DNA of 64,000 bases. Source: an uncultured Chloroflexia bacterium. Lineage in GTDB: Bacteria; Chloroflexota; Limnocylindria; Limnocylindrales; CSP1-4. Below are positions 11,008 to 21,872 of the stretch, piece after piece. Both the position numbers and the translations under genes were made by a program. Below the pieces are notes generated by a model, which had not been told where the DNA came from, made no database searches, and saw only the letters and a program-made list of their open reading frames with translations. The DNA lies in the NCBI GenBank assembly GCA_963720755.1, contig CAVRGP010000002.1, forward strand, positions 384,001-448,000, in the 5' to 3' direction. The first letter of the stretch is position 1; every line of letters begins with the position of its first letter.

Positions 11008-11835
11008 TCACCGCGCCAGCTGGGTGATGCTGTGCACCGCCGTGGCCACTCCCACCACGAGTACCAGCACCGCAAAACCGTTGCGCAGCAGCTCCGGACG
11101 AACCCGGGTGGCCAGTCGCCCGCCCAGCAACCCACCGGCCACCGACACAGCGGCGAAGACGCCAACCAGGAGCCAGTCGATGTCCGCGCCGATGGTCGGC
11201 AACCGGACCCCGAGGGATACGGCGCTGTTGATCGCGATGACCAGCAGCGAGGTGCCGACCGCCGCCGCCATCGGGAAGTCCAATGCCAACACCAGGGCCG
11301 GCACCACCAGGAACCCGCCGCCCACCCCGAAGAACCCGGTGACCAGACCCACGGCCAGCGCTGCGACGAGCACCTTTGCCGCTCGCGGGCAGGCGCACAC
11401 GAACCGCGGGGAGAACGAGATGATCGGCACGTCGAACGGCAGTGGGTCTTCCATGACCGCCCCGCCGACCCGCGCCGCCGTGCGGCCCTTGATGAGCATC
11501 AGCGCCCCCACCGTGAGCATCAGGGCGGCGAATGCGGTCATCAGGACGTCCGCCGGTACAGCGAGGGAAAGGGTCGTCCCGGCGACCGCGCCGACGGCGC
11601 CGAGGACACCGAAAACGGCCCCCTGCGCGACACGAACCCGCCCACTGCGGTGCGCAGCGAGCGTCGCCGCGGCCGCGGTGACGCCCACGATGATCAGTGA
11701 GGCGGTGGTCGCCGCGGTGGGGTCCATGCCGATCAGGAACACCAGCACCGGCACGGTGAGGATCGACCCACCCCCGCCGAGGGCGCCCATGGTGAGCCCG
11801 ATCAGCAATCCGACCGGGACAGCCGCGAACAGCAT
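11008..11835 (-). CDS. Sulfite exporter TauE/SafE (TSUP) family permease
   Basis: GALGGGGSILTVP and GFFGVGGGFLVVPAL repeats; TGATG coupling to the upstream MBL gene. Confidence 0.9.
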   Translation of the reverse strand: MLFAAVPVGLLIGLTMGALGGGGSILTVPVLVFLIGMDPTAATTASLIIVGVTAAAATLAAHRSGRVRVAQGAVFGVLGAVGAVAGTTLSLAVPADVLMTAFAALMLTVGALMLIKGRTAARVGGAVMEDPLPFDVPIISFSPRFVCACPRAAKVLVAALAVGLVTGFFGVGGGFLVVPALVLALDFPMAAAVGTSLLVIAINSAVSLGVRLPTIGADIDWLLVGVFAAVSVAGGLLGGRLATRVRPELLRNGFAVLVLVVGVATAVHSITQLAR

Positions 11836-13208
11836 CAGACGTGGGCGGGAAGGGCGCCGGAGCGCAGCGGTAATCCGGTTGCGGCGGCCGCGGCGAAGTC
11901 ATCGTCGACGGCGATGACCGCGCGCCCCTGACCGAGCAGCAGTGACGCGGCGATCGAGGCGCGGTAGCCGGCAGCGCAATGCACCCAGATCTCCCCGGCG
12001 GGCACCTCGTCGAGCCGGGACAGCAGTTCGTGCAACGGGATGTGGGTGGATTCCTCGATCCGCGATTCGGCGCGTTCCAGGTTTCGCCGGACGTCGAGCA
12101 CTGCCACCTGTCGGTGGTGCCGGACCTGGGCCAGGTCGGCGAAAGTCGCTCGCTGCAGGGTGCCCAGTGGTCGGTCGGTCCAGCTGTGCGGGCCGCCGGT
12201 GGCCGCGGCGGCCGGCCGGTCGATGCCGATCCGCACCATCTCCCGCTGGGCGTCCGCGACCTGCTCGGCGGTGTCGCCCAGCAACGTGACCGGGGTGCCC
12301 CACGGGATCAGCCAACCGAGGTAGGTCGCGAACGATCCGTCGAGGCCGATGTTGATCGTCCCCGGCAGGTGCCCGGCCGCGAAGGCGGTGCGGTCCCGCA
12401 GGTCGACCAACCATTCACCGCTGGCCAGTCGTTGACGCAGCTCGGTCGGATCGGCGCGCCGGACCGGGCTCAGGTCGGGTTCCAGCGGGCCGGCGGCGTT
12501 GGCCGGTCCCATCTGCGCGTAATACCGCGGGAACGCATCGAGCCCGGCGAGAAGCTCTGACACATAACGCTCCTCGTCCTGAGTGAGGGCGGGGTTGGTG
12601 TGGATCTGCTGGCCGATGGTCGAGGCGGTGGCAGCCGACTGGGTGGCCGAGCAGAAGCTCCCGAATCCGTGGGTGGGGAGCAGTTCGGTGTGCTCGGGCA
12701 GTTCGGCGGCGAGTCGGTGCGCGGACGCGTACTGGTGGCGGACCAGTTCGTGCGTGTGGGTCGGCCCGAGCAGGTCGGGCCGGCCCGTCGAGTCGAACAA
12801 CAACGATCCGCCGGAGAACACCGCGATGGTCGCACCGTGTTGTTCGAGCACGTAGGACAGATGGGTGAAGGTATGGCCGGGGGTGGCCAGCACGCGGACC
12901 CGCAGCGAGTCGCCCACGTCGATCAGGTCCCCGTCGCGCACGCCTGTTCGTTGGTAGCCGACCTGGTCGGCACTGTTGACGTGGTATCGCGCTCCGGTGC
13001 GCCGGGCCAGTGCGAGGCCGCCGGTGACGTAGTCGTTGTGCAGGTGGGTCTCGAAGACGTGGGTGATCCGAACACCCGCCTCGACCGCGAGTGCCAGGAC
13101 CCGGTCGATGTCGCGCTGTGGGTCGACGACCAGTGCGACCGTGCCGTCATGGACGAGGTAGCTGCGGTCGCCCAGGGTAGGGGTTTCGATCGGGACGATG
13201 GTCGCCAT
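11835..13208 (-). CDS. MBL-fold persulfide dioxygenase-like protein fused to two rhodanese domains (CstB/Blh-like)
   Basis: THLHNDY, TPGHT, GRPDL, THGFGSFC; rhodanese GHLPG and active-site HCAAGYR; AGGAG RBS. Confidence 0.85.
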   Translation of the reverse strand: MATIVPIETPTLGDRSYLVHDGTVALVVDPQRDIDRVLALAVEAGVRITHVFETHLHNDYVTGGLALARRTGARYHVNSADQVGYQRTGVRDGDLIDVGDSLRVRVLATPGHTFTHLSYVLEQHGATIAVFSGGSLLFDSTGRPDLLGPTHTHELVRHQYASAHRLAAELPEHTELLPTHGFGSFCSATQSAATASTIGQQIHTNPALTQDEERYVSELLAGLDAFPRYYAQMGPANAAGPLEPDLSPVRRADPTELRQRLASGEWLVDLRDRTAFAAGHLPGTINIGLDGSFATYLGWLIPWGTPVTLLGDTAEQVADAQREMVRIGIDRPAAAATGGPHSWTDRPLGTLQRATFADLAQVRHHRQVAVLDVRRNLERAESRIEESTHIPLHELLSRLDEVPAGEIWVHCAAGYRASIAASLLLGQGRAVIAVDDDFAAAAATGLPLRSGALPAHV

Positions 13209-13272
13209 GGGTGCGCTCCTGGATGTCGTGGTCGGCGGATGGTGTCGGGCAGGGGGAGACCGCGCCCGATCC

Positions 13273-13412
13273 GATACCCCGGGGGGTATCAATCGATCCA
13301 ACGATACCGGGTGGCGGCCTGTTCCGCCCGGAAGGAATATACCCAGTGGGGTATATCACCGGCACGCATGGAACAGCCGACCACTGGCCCGCGCTGATAC
13401 CCCTAGAGGTAT
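13273..13412. promoter_or_regulatory. Three CsoR/CstR-family operators in a divergent promoter region
   Basis: GATACCCCGGGGGGTATC (13273-13290), ATATACCCAGTGGGGTATAT (13337-13356), ATACCCCTAGAGGTAT (13397-13412): TAC-C tract/G tract-GTA pseudo-palindromes. Confidence 0.85.
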
Positions 13413-13438
13413 TGTCGAGCGAACGAGAGGACCTACGG

Positions 13439-14204
<766 letters not shown>

Positions 14205-14283
14205 GCGATGAGTTCGCCGTGGTGTGGGTGTCTGCCAGTGAGTCGACCAACACTGTGCGGGCATCCGACCCGGAGGAGACCGA

Positions 14284-14808
14284 ATGACGACCTCAGCAGC
14301 GGGAGCGGCGCCAACCACCGACCTGGATGCGCGCTACAGCGAACCAGAGGCAACGGCGATGGCGTGGGAATACGCGTGCGAGCGCTGGCAGCAGGCGGAG
14401 CTGTACTGGTTGTCCACCGTCCGCCCGGACGGCCGGCCGCATGTGACGCCGTTGATCGCGGTGTGGCACGACGGTGCGTCGTACTTCTGCACCGGGCCGC
14501 AGGAGCGGAAGGCGCGCAATTTACGCGAGAACGCCAACGTGGTGCTGATGACCGGTTCCAACGCGCTGGATCTGGGACTGGACCTGGTGGTCGAGGGAAA
14601 GGCGCTGCGGGAGAGGGACTTCGCCACCCTGCTGCAGGTAGCCGATGGCTATCTGAGTAAGTACGGGCCGGGCTGGCATTTCCGCGTCGAGGACGGGACC
14701 TTCGTCGGTGACGGCGGCTCGGCGTGGGTGTACCGGGTGGAACCGCAGATCGCGTTCGGGTTCGCCAAGGGCGCCTACAGCCAGACCCGCTGGCGGTTCG
14801 GCGGCTGA
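14284..14808 (+). CDS. Pyridoxamine 5'-phosphate oxidase-like (split barrel) protein
   Basis: YWLSTVRPDGRPHVTPL, KARNL; GGAGGAG RBS. Confidence 0.85.
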   Translation: MTTSAAGAAPTTDLDARYSEPEATAMAWEYACERWQQAELYWLSTVRPDGRPHVTPLIAVWHDGASYFCTGPQERKARNLRENANVVLMTGSNALDLGLDLVVEGKALRERDFATLLQVADGYLSKYGPGWHFRVEDGTFVGDGGSAWVYRVEPQIAFGFAKGAYSQTRWRFGG

Positions 14809-14874
14809 ACGCCGGCTCACCGAGGCGGCACGACAGCGGCTCGGGTGGTCCCGAAAGAGCACCGTGCGGCCGTG

Positions 14875-15684
14875 TCAGCCCACTCGGCAGCGGATCTCGC
14901 CATGCAGGATGGCGAACCAGCCATCGTTCTGGGCGGCCCATTCCCGCCACCCCTGGGCGATGTCCTCCAACTCGGGTCGGTCGCTGAACCCGCCGTCGAC
15001 GGCCTGGATGGCGATCGCCGACTCGGTGATCCGCTCCGCCCAGCTGCCGCCCCACCAGGCGCGCTCGTCGGCCGAGGAATAGGACCAGGCGGTGGCCGAG
15101 CCGGTGACGTCGACGAGCCCGGCGGCGTGCGCCCACGCCACCAGCCGGCGTCCCGCGTCGGGCTGCGCACCGTTCGCCAGGGCGACCTGGTGGTACAGCT
15201 GGAGCCAGCGGTCCAATCGTGGGTCGGCGGGGTACCAACTCATCGCCGCGTAGTCGGCGTCCCGCGCGGCCACCATTCCGCCGGAACGGCAGACACGGGC
15301 CATTTCCCGCAGCGCCGCCACCGGGTCGGTCAGGTGCTGCAGCACCTGATGCGCGTGGACGACGTCGAAGCTGTTGTCCGGGAAGTCGAGCTGGTACACA
15401 TCGCCGACAGTGAAACCGACGTTGTGCGCGCCCTCGTCGGCCGCGGCCTGCCGGGCCACCACCAGTGGTGCGACTTCGCGATCGACCCCGACGGTCTGCC
15501 CCGGGGCCACCAGCCTTGCCAAACCGAGGGTGATACTCCCGGGGCCGCAACCGATGTCGAGTACTCGTTGCCCGGATGTCAGATGGGGCAGCAGGTACCC
15601 GGCGGAATTCTCCACCGTCCGCCGATTGTGCGATCGCAGCACGCTCGGGTGGTGGCCGTGGGTGTACGTCTCGGCCGGTGTCAT
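14875..15684 (-). CDS. Class I SAM-dependent methyltransferase
   Basis: VLDIGCGPG motif I, FDVVHAHQVLQH. Confidence 0.9.
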   Translation of the reverse strand: MTPAETYTHGHHPSVLRSHNRRTVENSAGYLLPHLTSGQRVLDIGCGPGSITLGLARLVAPGQTVGVDREVAPLVVARQAAADEGAHNVGFTVGDVYQLDFPDNSFDVVHAHQVLQHLTDPVAALREMARVCRSGGMVAARDADYAAMSWYPADPRLDRWLQLYHQVALANGAQPDAGRRLVAWAHAAGLVDVTGSATAWSYSSADERAWWGGSWAERITESAIAIQAVDGGFSDRPELEDIAQGWREWAAQNDGWFAILHGEIRCRVG

Positions 15685-15775
15685 ACCCGCATCCTGCTCC
15701 GGTCGCCGGTCAGCCGTCCACCGGGCAGGGGAAGGGCGGCGGTCAATGCCGGAGGTTTGCGGCGAGAGGGCGGCG

Positions 15776-16111
15776 TCAGGCAGGCTGTGCGACCAACGGG
15801 CGATCGACCGGGTCCAGCCGGCCCGAGCGCTTCGCCCAGATCTCGAACCACAGGGTGAAGAACGGGGGGATCGAGGCGGCCAACGCGAAGAAGGTGGTCC
15901 ACAGCGACCAACGCTGCACCCGGGCCGTGACCAGTGCGATCACGATGTACAGCACGAAAACTCCGCCGTGGATCGGGCCGAACACCTTCACGCCGACTTC
16001 GCTGGTTTCGGCGATCCACTTGACGTACATCCCGACGAGCAGGCCCAACCAGGTCAGCGCCTCCACGACGGCGATGATGCGGAACGCAGAAACAATGCGG
16101 GAGTTCATCAT
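15776..16111 (-). CDS. DUF3817 small membrane protein
   Basis: FRIIAVVEALTW, GPIHG..F..Y, ASIPPF. Confidence 0.85.
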   Translation of the reverse strand: MMNSRIVSAFRIIAVVEALTWLGLLVGMYVKWIAETSEVGVKVFGPIHGGVFVLYIVIALVTARVQRWSLWTTFFALAASIPPFFTLWFEIWAKRSGRLDPVDRPLVAQPA

Positions 16112-16172
16112 TCGAGTCTCCCATGGGGTGACGGGCCGTTCGGTGCGAGCCGCGTCACCCCCGGGGGCCGGA

Positions 16173-16610
16173 TCAGGCCTGCTCGACCGGCTCGAGCTGC
16201 AACGAGACGCCGTTGATGCAGTAGCGGTCGTTCGTCGGCGTGGGGTACCCCTCGCCGGAGAACACGTGACCCAGGTGTGAACCGCAGGTCGCGCAGCGGA
16301 CCTCCGTGCGGACCGAACCGAACGAACGGTCCTCGATCAGCTCGACCCGATCCTCCGCCAGCGGGGTGTAGAACGCCGGCCAACCGCAGTGCGCGTCGAA
16401 CTTGTGCTCGCTGCGGAACAGCTCGGAGCCGCAGCCCCGACATTTGTAGACACCGACGGTCTTGTCGGTCTCGTACGAGCTGGAGAACGGCCGCTCGGTG
16501 CCGGCCTGCCGCAGCACCCGGTACTCCTGCGAGCTGAGCTCTTCACGCCACTGGTCGTCGGTCTTGTTCACGGTGTAGTTGTCGGTGGACTTCATGCCTT
16601 TCATCGTCAT
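16173..16610 (-). CDS. msrB: Peptide-methionine (R)-S-oxide reductase
   Basis: GTERPF, CRGC, CGWPAF, CATC..HLGHVF, RYCIN. Confidence 0.95.
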   Translation of the reverse strand: MTMKGMKSTDNYTVNKTDDQWREELSSQEYRVLRQAGTERPFSSSYETDKTVGVYKCRGCGSELFRSEHKFDAHCGWPAFYTPLAEDRVELIEDRSFGSVRTEVRCATCGSHLGHVFSGEGYPTPTNDRYCINGVSLQLEPVEQA

Positions 16611-16619
16611 GTCTGTGTC

Positions 16620-16645
16620 AACAAGGCGCCGCGCCCGGACGTTCC
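16620..16645 (-). promoter_or_regulatory. SigR/SigH-type ECF promoter of msrB
   Basis: Minus strand GGAAC-N18-GTTG just upstream of the start. Confidence 0.7.
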
Positions 16646-16704
16646 CGGGCCTGTCTTACCGGTCTGTCATAGGTGCGCTTACGGGTTTGTAATAGGTTGC
16701 GGGA

Positions 16705-17775
16705 ATGGCACGGACGACTCCGGCGGTCGAACTCGAGGTGGGCGACCGCCTGGTGCGGGTCAGCAACCCGGACAAGGTGTACTTCGCCGAGCGCGGGCTG
16801 ACCAAGCTGGACGTGGTGAAGTACTTCCTGTCGGTGGGTGACGGCATCCTGGGTGCGCTGCGGGACCGGCCGACCACGCTGGAACGCTGGCCCAGCGGGT
16901 TCTTCGAGGGCGCCAAGCTCTCCACCAGGGCGGACAACCGCGGCGACGCGTTTTACCAGAAGCGGGTGCCGCAGGGCGCGCCCGACTACGTCAGCACCGC
17001 CACCATCACCTTCCCCAGCGGCCGGACCGCCGACGAGATCTGCCCGACCGAGCTCGCCGTCGTCGCCTACTGCGCGAACCTCGGCACCCTGACGTTCCAT
17101 CCGTGGCCGGTGCGCAGCGGCAACGTCGACCAGCCGGACCAGCTGCGGATCGACCTCGACCCGCAGCCGGGCACCGACTTCTCGCACGCGGCCCGGGTCG
17201 CCGGCGCAGGCGCGGGCGCTGCTCACCGAACTTGGCATGCAGGGGTTCCCGAAAACCTCCGGCGGCCGCGGCCTGCACCTGTACGTGCCGATCGAGCCGC
17301 GGTGGACGTTCGTGCAGGCCCGGCGGGCGGTGATCGCGTTCGGCCGCGAGCTGGAACGACGGATGCCCGATGCAGGTGACGGTGAACTGGTGGAAGGAGG
17401 AGCGCGGGCGAGCGGATCTTCATCGACTTCAACCAGATGGCCAGGGACCGGACCATCGCGTCGGCCTACTCGGTGCGGGCGAACCTGCGGGCCCGGGTGT
17501 CGGCGCCGCTGACCTGGGACGAGGTGCCGGAGGTGGTGCCGAACGACTTCGACGTCATCTCGATGCCGGCCCGGTTCGCGCAGGTCGGTGACCTGCACGC
17601 CGCCGTGGCGCAGCAGGCGTACTCGTTGGAGCCGCTGCTGGAGATGTCGGAGCGGGACGAGCGAGACCACGGCCTGGGCGACATGCCCTATCCGCCGGAG
17701 TACCCGAAGATGCCGGGCGAGCCGCCCCGGGTGCAGCCCAGCAGGAAGAACGCGGCGAACTGGGAATCCAGCTGA
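16705..17775 (+). CDS. Prim-PolC / LigD-type primase-polymerase domain protein (frameshifts at about 17205, 17370, 17410)
   Basis: SNPDKVYF, FYQKR, RIDLDP, KTSGGRGLH, FIDFNQ.ARDRTIASAYS, C-terminal PYPPEYPKMPGEPPRVQPS spread across three frames. Confidence 0.88.
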
Positions 17776-17797
17776 CTTCATGCGGCCGAGTCGCCGG

Positions 17798-18634
17798 TCA
17801 GCGCCGCCGGTTGGCCGCCCAGGCGAAGCAGTAGACCCCGAACAGCACCAGGCCGAAGGCCTTGAGCAGCAGCAGCGCGCCGCCGGCGGGGGAGAGGTTG
17901 AGCAGCCGGAATACGGTCTGCAGTCCGGGTGGCCCGGTCCGGCCGTCGATGCCGGTGACGATCATCAGGGCGCCGACGATGCCGAACGTGATGCCCTTAC
18001 CGATGAATCCGGCCTGGCCGAGCAGCACGACCTTGCTGTTGACGCCGACCTTCAGGTCGTCGACGAAGCTGCGCCGGATGCCGCGGTAGATCGCCCGGAC
18101 CGCGATCACGATCAGGATGACGCCGACCAGGACGACGGCGACCCGGATCAACGCCTCCTCGAACGACGTCTAGTTGTCCTCCTCGAGCCGGCCCTCCCGG
18201 GCTGCCCGGCCGGCCAGCGCCACCCGGGCGGCACTGATCCCCACCGTCAGGTAGGCGATCGCGCTGAACGTCGAACCGAGCCGGCCGAACACCTTGCTGA
18301 ACCTGGCCTCGTCAGGCACCCGGCGCCAGATGGTCTCGAACACCTGCCAGAGGGTGAGCGCCGCGAGGCCGAATGCGGTCACCCACAGCAGTCCCTCGCC
18401 GACCGGTGTCTGCGCGAGCGCCGCCAGCGCGGCGTCCTGCGAATCGTTGCCCCGCCCGGTCCAGGCGATCCGCACCGCGATCCAGGCGATCAGCAGGTGC
18501 ACGATGCCGTAGGTGACCAGGCCGACCCCGACGATCACGTCGAAGCCGGTGCTCTGGTGGATCCGCCGGCCCTGCCGGCCGGCCGCGGCGATGATCTTCG
18601 GGTGCTGGCCGACCTGCTCGCCCTGCTCGGCCAT
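17798..18634 (-). pseudogene. DUF1206 membrane protein interrupted by an in-frame TAG at 18170-18172
   Basis: ORFs 18170..18634 and 17798..18151 are in the same frame; GLVTYGIVHLLIAWIA, DAALAALAQTPVG, GFIGKG, GLVLFGVYC. Confidence 0.7.
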
Positions 18635-18796
18635 GCCGCCCCCTCCTGCGCCCGCGATGCGACCAGCACATTCGCGGCGGTCCCCACCCGGCGCCGACCT
18701 CGGACAAGTATGGCCAACCTGCCCGTGTCGGGGCTGTGAAAACGGGGGTTGTCGTACTCAATGCAGGCTGGCGGAGCGGGTGGACGACAATGCCCG

Positions 18797-19232
18797 ATGG
18801 ACGGATCGAACCTCGCCCTGGCCGCGTGTTCGAGTGAGGCATTGCTGACGGCCACTCACCGACCGAGACTGGACGGCGTCGATCCCGGAGATGGAATGGA
18901 CGGTGTCGGTCGCTGTCGTGCACTTCAGCGAGGCGCTGCTCTGGTACGTGACCGATCTTTCGGCCGGACCGGTCGAGGTCAGCGACGATGAACCTCAAGG
19001 TCGGCCGGACTCGTCACCGGACCAGTTGTCGTCACCGGGACCGCGTTCGCCGCGGCCTCGCCTTCGTCGTCGGCGGGTGCTGCCGAGGCATCGCGGGTTC
19101 CACCCTGCAGGGTCGTGCGGGTGCGTCGGGTTTGGGCGGCCATGGGGTGTGACGAGCTGCTGGTGCATACCTGGGCACGCCGCGCGGGGCCTGAACTTGG
19201 TTCGAACCGCCGTCCGCGCTGAGCGACATGGG
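18797..19232 (+). pseudogene. Decayed, truncated maleylpyruvate-isomerase-N-terminal (MDMPI/DinB-like) gene
   Basis: Stitched frames read LTDRDWTASIPEMEWTV...HFSEALLWYVTDL...RGFHPAG...AAMGCDELLVHT; recognisable homology stops at the 3' end of the DUF222 gene. Confidence 0.55.
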
Positions 19233-21518
19233 TCAGAACGGTGGTGGGTCGTCTCGCCCGGTGTTGGCGTCGGGGTGAGTGTCCTCGGAGCGCAGACGAT
19301 CCACCGGCGACTCTGCAATTCCTGACTGTCCATCAGACGAGCTGGTGTGGTCGTCGGGGTCCCAGGCTCGGTGGGGTGGCCGGGTGTAGTGGCGGCCCAA
19401 CGGGGTGGTCCAGGTGGTGGCGCCGTCGGGGGTTCGGGTGGCGGTGAAGCCGCCGCCGTCCTTCGCGCGGTGATGGTGGTGACAAGGGGCGCCGAGATTG
19501 TCGTGGCTGGTGGTTCCGCCGGTGGGTTGGCCGGGTCGGTAGTTGTCGATGTGGTCGAGCTGGCCGCGGTCGGCGGGTTGGGTGCAGCCGGGGGCGTTGC
19601 AGGTGCCGTCTCTGGCGATGATGAATTGTTTGAGTGACGCGGGTGGTTGGTAGCGGGTGCGGCTGTAGTCCAGCACGGTCCCGGACACGGGGTCGGTGAG
19701 GATGCGGCGGAGTTCGCCGTCGGCGGCGATCATTCGGGCCTGGTCGGCGGTGATCGCGCCGTGGCCGATGAGTTCGCAGGGGTCGTTGGCGCCGAGGAAC
19801 ACGGTGTAGGGGACGACGACTTGGATGTGCGGGCGGCGGCCGTGCCGCAGCGGGAGGGGGAGTGGACGGGCCGCGGGTAGTCGCGCCACACCCTTGTCGT
19901 CGGGTTTGACGCCGCCGGCACCGGGTGTGCCCGGAGCTGTTGCTGTGCAGGGTGTTTTGTTCGGAAGGGTGGCGATCTCAGACGGGGCGGGCCGCGGGGT
20001 TGCGCAGTTGGCCGCATCGGCTAACAGGCTCTGACCGCCCTCGGCGGTCTGGTCCGCCGCGTTGGCGGGGCCGCCCGCGTCGACTGGGTCCGCCAGGTCG
20101 GCACTGGCGATCGGGTCAACCACCCCGGCAGGAGCGGTCCAGTCAGCCGCCCGGTTCGGGTCAGCGGCCTTGTGCGCCGCCTCGCTCGGTTCGCTGCTGT
20201 CGGCGGCGTCGGTGTTCTTAGTGGCAGGTGAGTCCGACGGTGATGGTGCTGGTGGCGCCGTCGGTGTGCGGCAGTCGGGTGCGGGGTGGGTGGCGGACTG
20301 CCCGGTGAACAGCACGTCACCGGTGAGGATGTCCTGGCACAGGCTGGTGAGGGCGTCGACCCGGCGGTTGCCCAGGGTGCGGGTGTCGCCGGTGAACTTC
20401 CCGGCGTCGGCCAACCCGGTCAAGGCCTCCCAGATCACGGCGATGTTCTGCGCGGGTGCCAGTACCCGGAGCCCGGCCATCCCGTCGTCCTCGGACCAGC
20501 GGGACATATGCCGGTCCGCGGCGGCGGCGCGGTGCCGGTCCCGGGCGCCGTCGGGATCGTGGGTGATGACCCGGCGGGCGGCGCGACGGCGGAGTTGCTC
20601 CCCGGTGAGGGTGGACCCGGGTGCGGTCGCGAGCGGTAGCAGGTCGGCTTCCACCCGGGCGGCGACCTCCGCGGTGGTGGTGCCGGTGGCCCGGGCCAGT
20701 CCGATGGCGTGGTCGGCGTCGATCACCCCGGCGCGCAGCGCTTCCAGGGTGGCGGGTAACCGGATCGCGAGTGCGCGGGCGGTGCTGATCGCCGCGCCTG
20801 CGGTCGCGTCGCTGGTCCGCAACGCGAAACCGATTTCGGTGGGCAGCATCTCGGCCAGTCCCGGGTAGTTCCGGGACAGCAGCGCGAGGTCGGTGTACTG
20901 CTCGGCCTGCAGCCAGGACAACACCCGGGCGCGCGCGGTGATCGAGTCGAGCACCGCGTTCGCCCACCGCGACGGCGCCGTCTCGGTGCCCGTGTCGCTC
21001 ACCGGGCTGGGGGCCAACTCGTCGGGCCGGTCCGCCAATGCGGCGACCAGTTCTGGTCCAGGTGGCAGGGTGGTGACCCGCTGTTGCCAGTGCTGCAGGT
21101 CGTACACCGCAGCGAAGGCCTCGGTGAGCTCGCGTGCCAATCCCAGGCGTCGCGCCCGTTCGGTCTCGACCGGTCCGCTCCCGGGATGGCCGGTCAGGGC
21201 GGTCCAGGCCTGCTCCAACTCGGTGGGATCCCCGGGCAACACGACCCGCCGACCACGCTGGGATGCCCGCCGCCCACCGGCGGGTGGCTCGCGCACCACT
21301 GCGGTGAACGGCCGGGATTCCGGGCCCTGCCCGCTGCGACTGCGGCGACGACGCCGGTCGTCCTGGATCGAGGGGAGGTACTCGGCCGACCTGGCCCGCT
21401 CCCGGACACCGGGACCCGACCCGGGTAGCAGCACCCGCAGTCGTGGTTCGGCGCAGTCAACCCCGCCGGCGGACCACACCGCGGCCCGCTCGCCGAACAC
21501 CACCCGTGGGTTGAACAT
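19233..21518 (-). CDS. DUF222 + HNH endonuclease protein (13E12-repeat-like)
   Basis: LPATLEALRAG.I, RRVDAL, LIGHGAI, RRILTDPVSG, ARDGTCNAPGC...LDH...NLGAPCHHHHRAK, WTTPLGR. Confidence 0.9.
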   Translation of the reverse strand: MFNPRVVFGERAAVWSAGGVDCAEPRLRVLLPGSGPGVRERARSAEYLPSIQDDRRRRRSRSGQGPESRPFTAVVREPPAGGRRASQRGRRVVLPGDPTELEQAWTALTGHPGSGPVETERARRLGLARELTEAFAAVYDLQHWQQRVTTLPPGPELVAALADRPDELAPSPVSDTGTETAPSRWANAVLDSITARARVLSWLQAEQYTDLALLSRNYPGLAEMLPTEIGFALRTSDATAGAAISTARALAIRLPATLEALRAGVIDADHAIGLARATGTTTAEVAARVEADLLPLATAPGSTLTGEQLRRRAARRVITHDPDGARDRHRAAAADRHMSRWSEDDGMAGLRVLAPAQNIAVIWEALTGLADAGKFTGDTRTLGNRRVDALTSLCQDILTGDVLFTGQSATHPAPDCRTPTAPPAPSPSDSPATKNTDAADSSEPSEAAHKAADPNRAADWTAPAGVVDPIASADLADPVDAGGPANAADQTAEGGQSLLADAANCATPRPAPSEIATLPNKTPCTATAPGTPGAGGVKPDDKGVARLPAARPLPLPLRHGRRPHIQVVVPYTVFLGANDPCELIGHGAITADQARMIAADGELRRILTDPVSGTVLDYSRTRYQPPASLKQFIIARDGTCNAPGCTQPADRGQLDHIDNYRPGQPTGGTTSHDNLGAPCHHHHRAKDGGGFTATRTPDGATTWTTPLGRHYTRPPHRAWDPDDHTSSSDGQSGIAESPVDRLRSEDTHPDANTGRDDPPPF

Positions 21519-21555
21519 CTGCTGATCATATCAATCAATACGAACGTGTGTCTAG
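21511..21555 (-). promoter_or_regulatory. Leaderless promoter of the DUF222 gene with degenerate LexA half-sites
   Basis: Minus strand TATGAT 6 nt before ATG; GTTCGT half-site upstream and ATGTTCAA over the start codon. Confidence 0.4.
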
Positions 21556-21872
21556 ATCTGTAGAGCATCCGAATTGGGCCACAATCTTGAGCTCGGGCCG
21601 TCGGGCTGTGCTGACGCATTGGTCGCTGTGGGGGTGCTGTGGGGCCAGTAAAGGGTGCGAGGCGCGCGCTGGGCGAGGCCGTCGATCCCCGTCACAGTTC
21701 CGGCTGAGCTGAGAAGGGTCGCCCAGCGGCGGCGGGAGCGCCGCCGCCCGAGCGGTTGCTCTTGATCTCCGACGCGTTGCTGAACTCTCCGAACCCGCAC
21801 GCACTCTGGCTTGCGGGGTGCACCGAAGGGCGTGTAGCTAGCGCACGTCGCCGGCCGGCGTGTGATGCGCCA

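Noticed and set aside
14233-14254. TGCCAG-N10-AACACT as a PafBC motif before the PNPOx-like gene
   Set aside because: Three mismatches to the consensus; too weak to support.
18170-18172. Pyrrolysine recoding
   Set aside because: No pyl genes are in the window and the site is a loop of a membrane protein; kept only as an unexplained stop.
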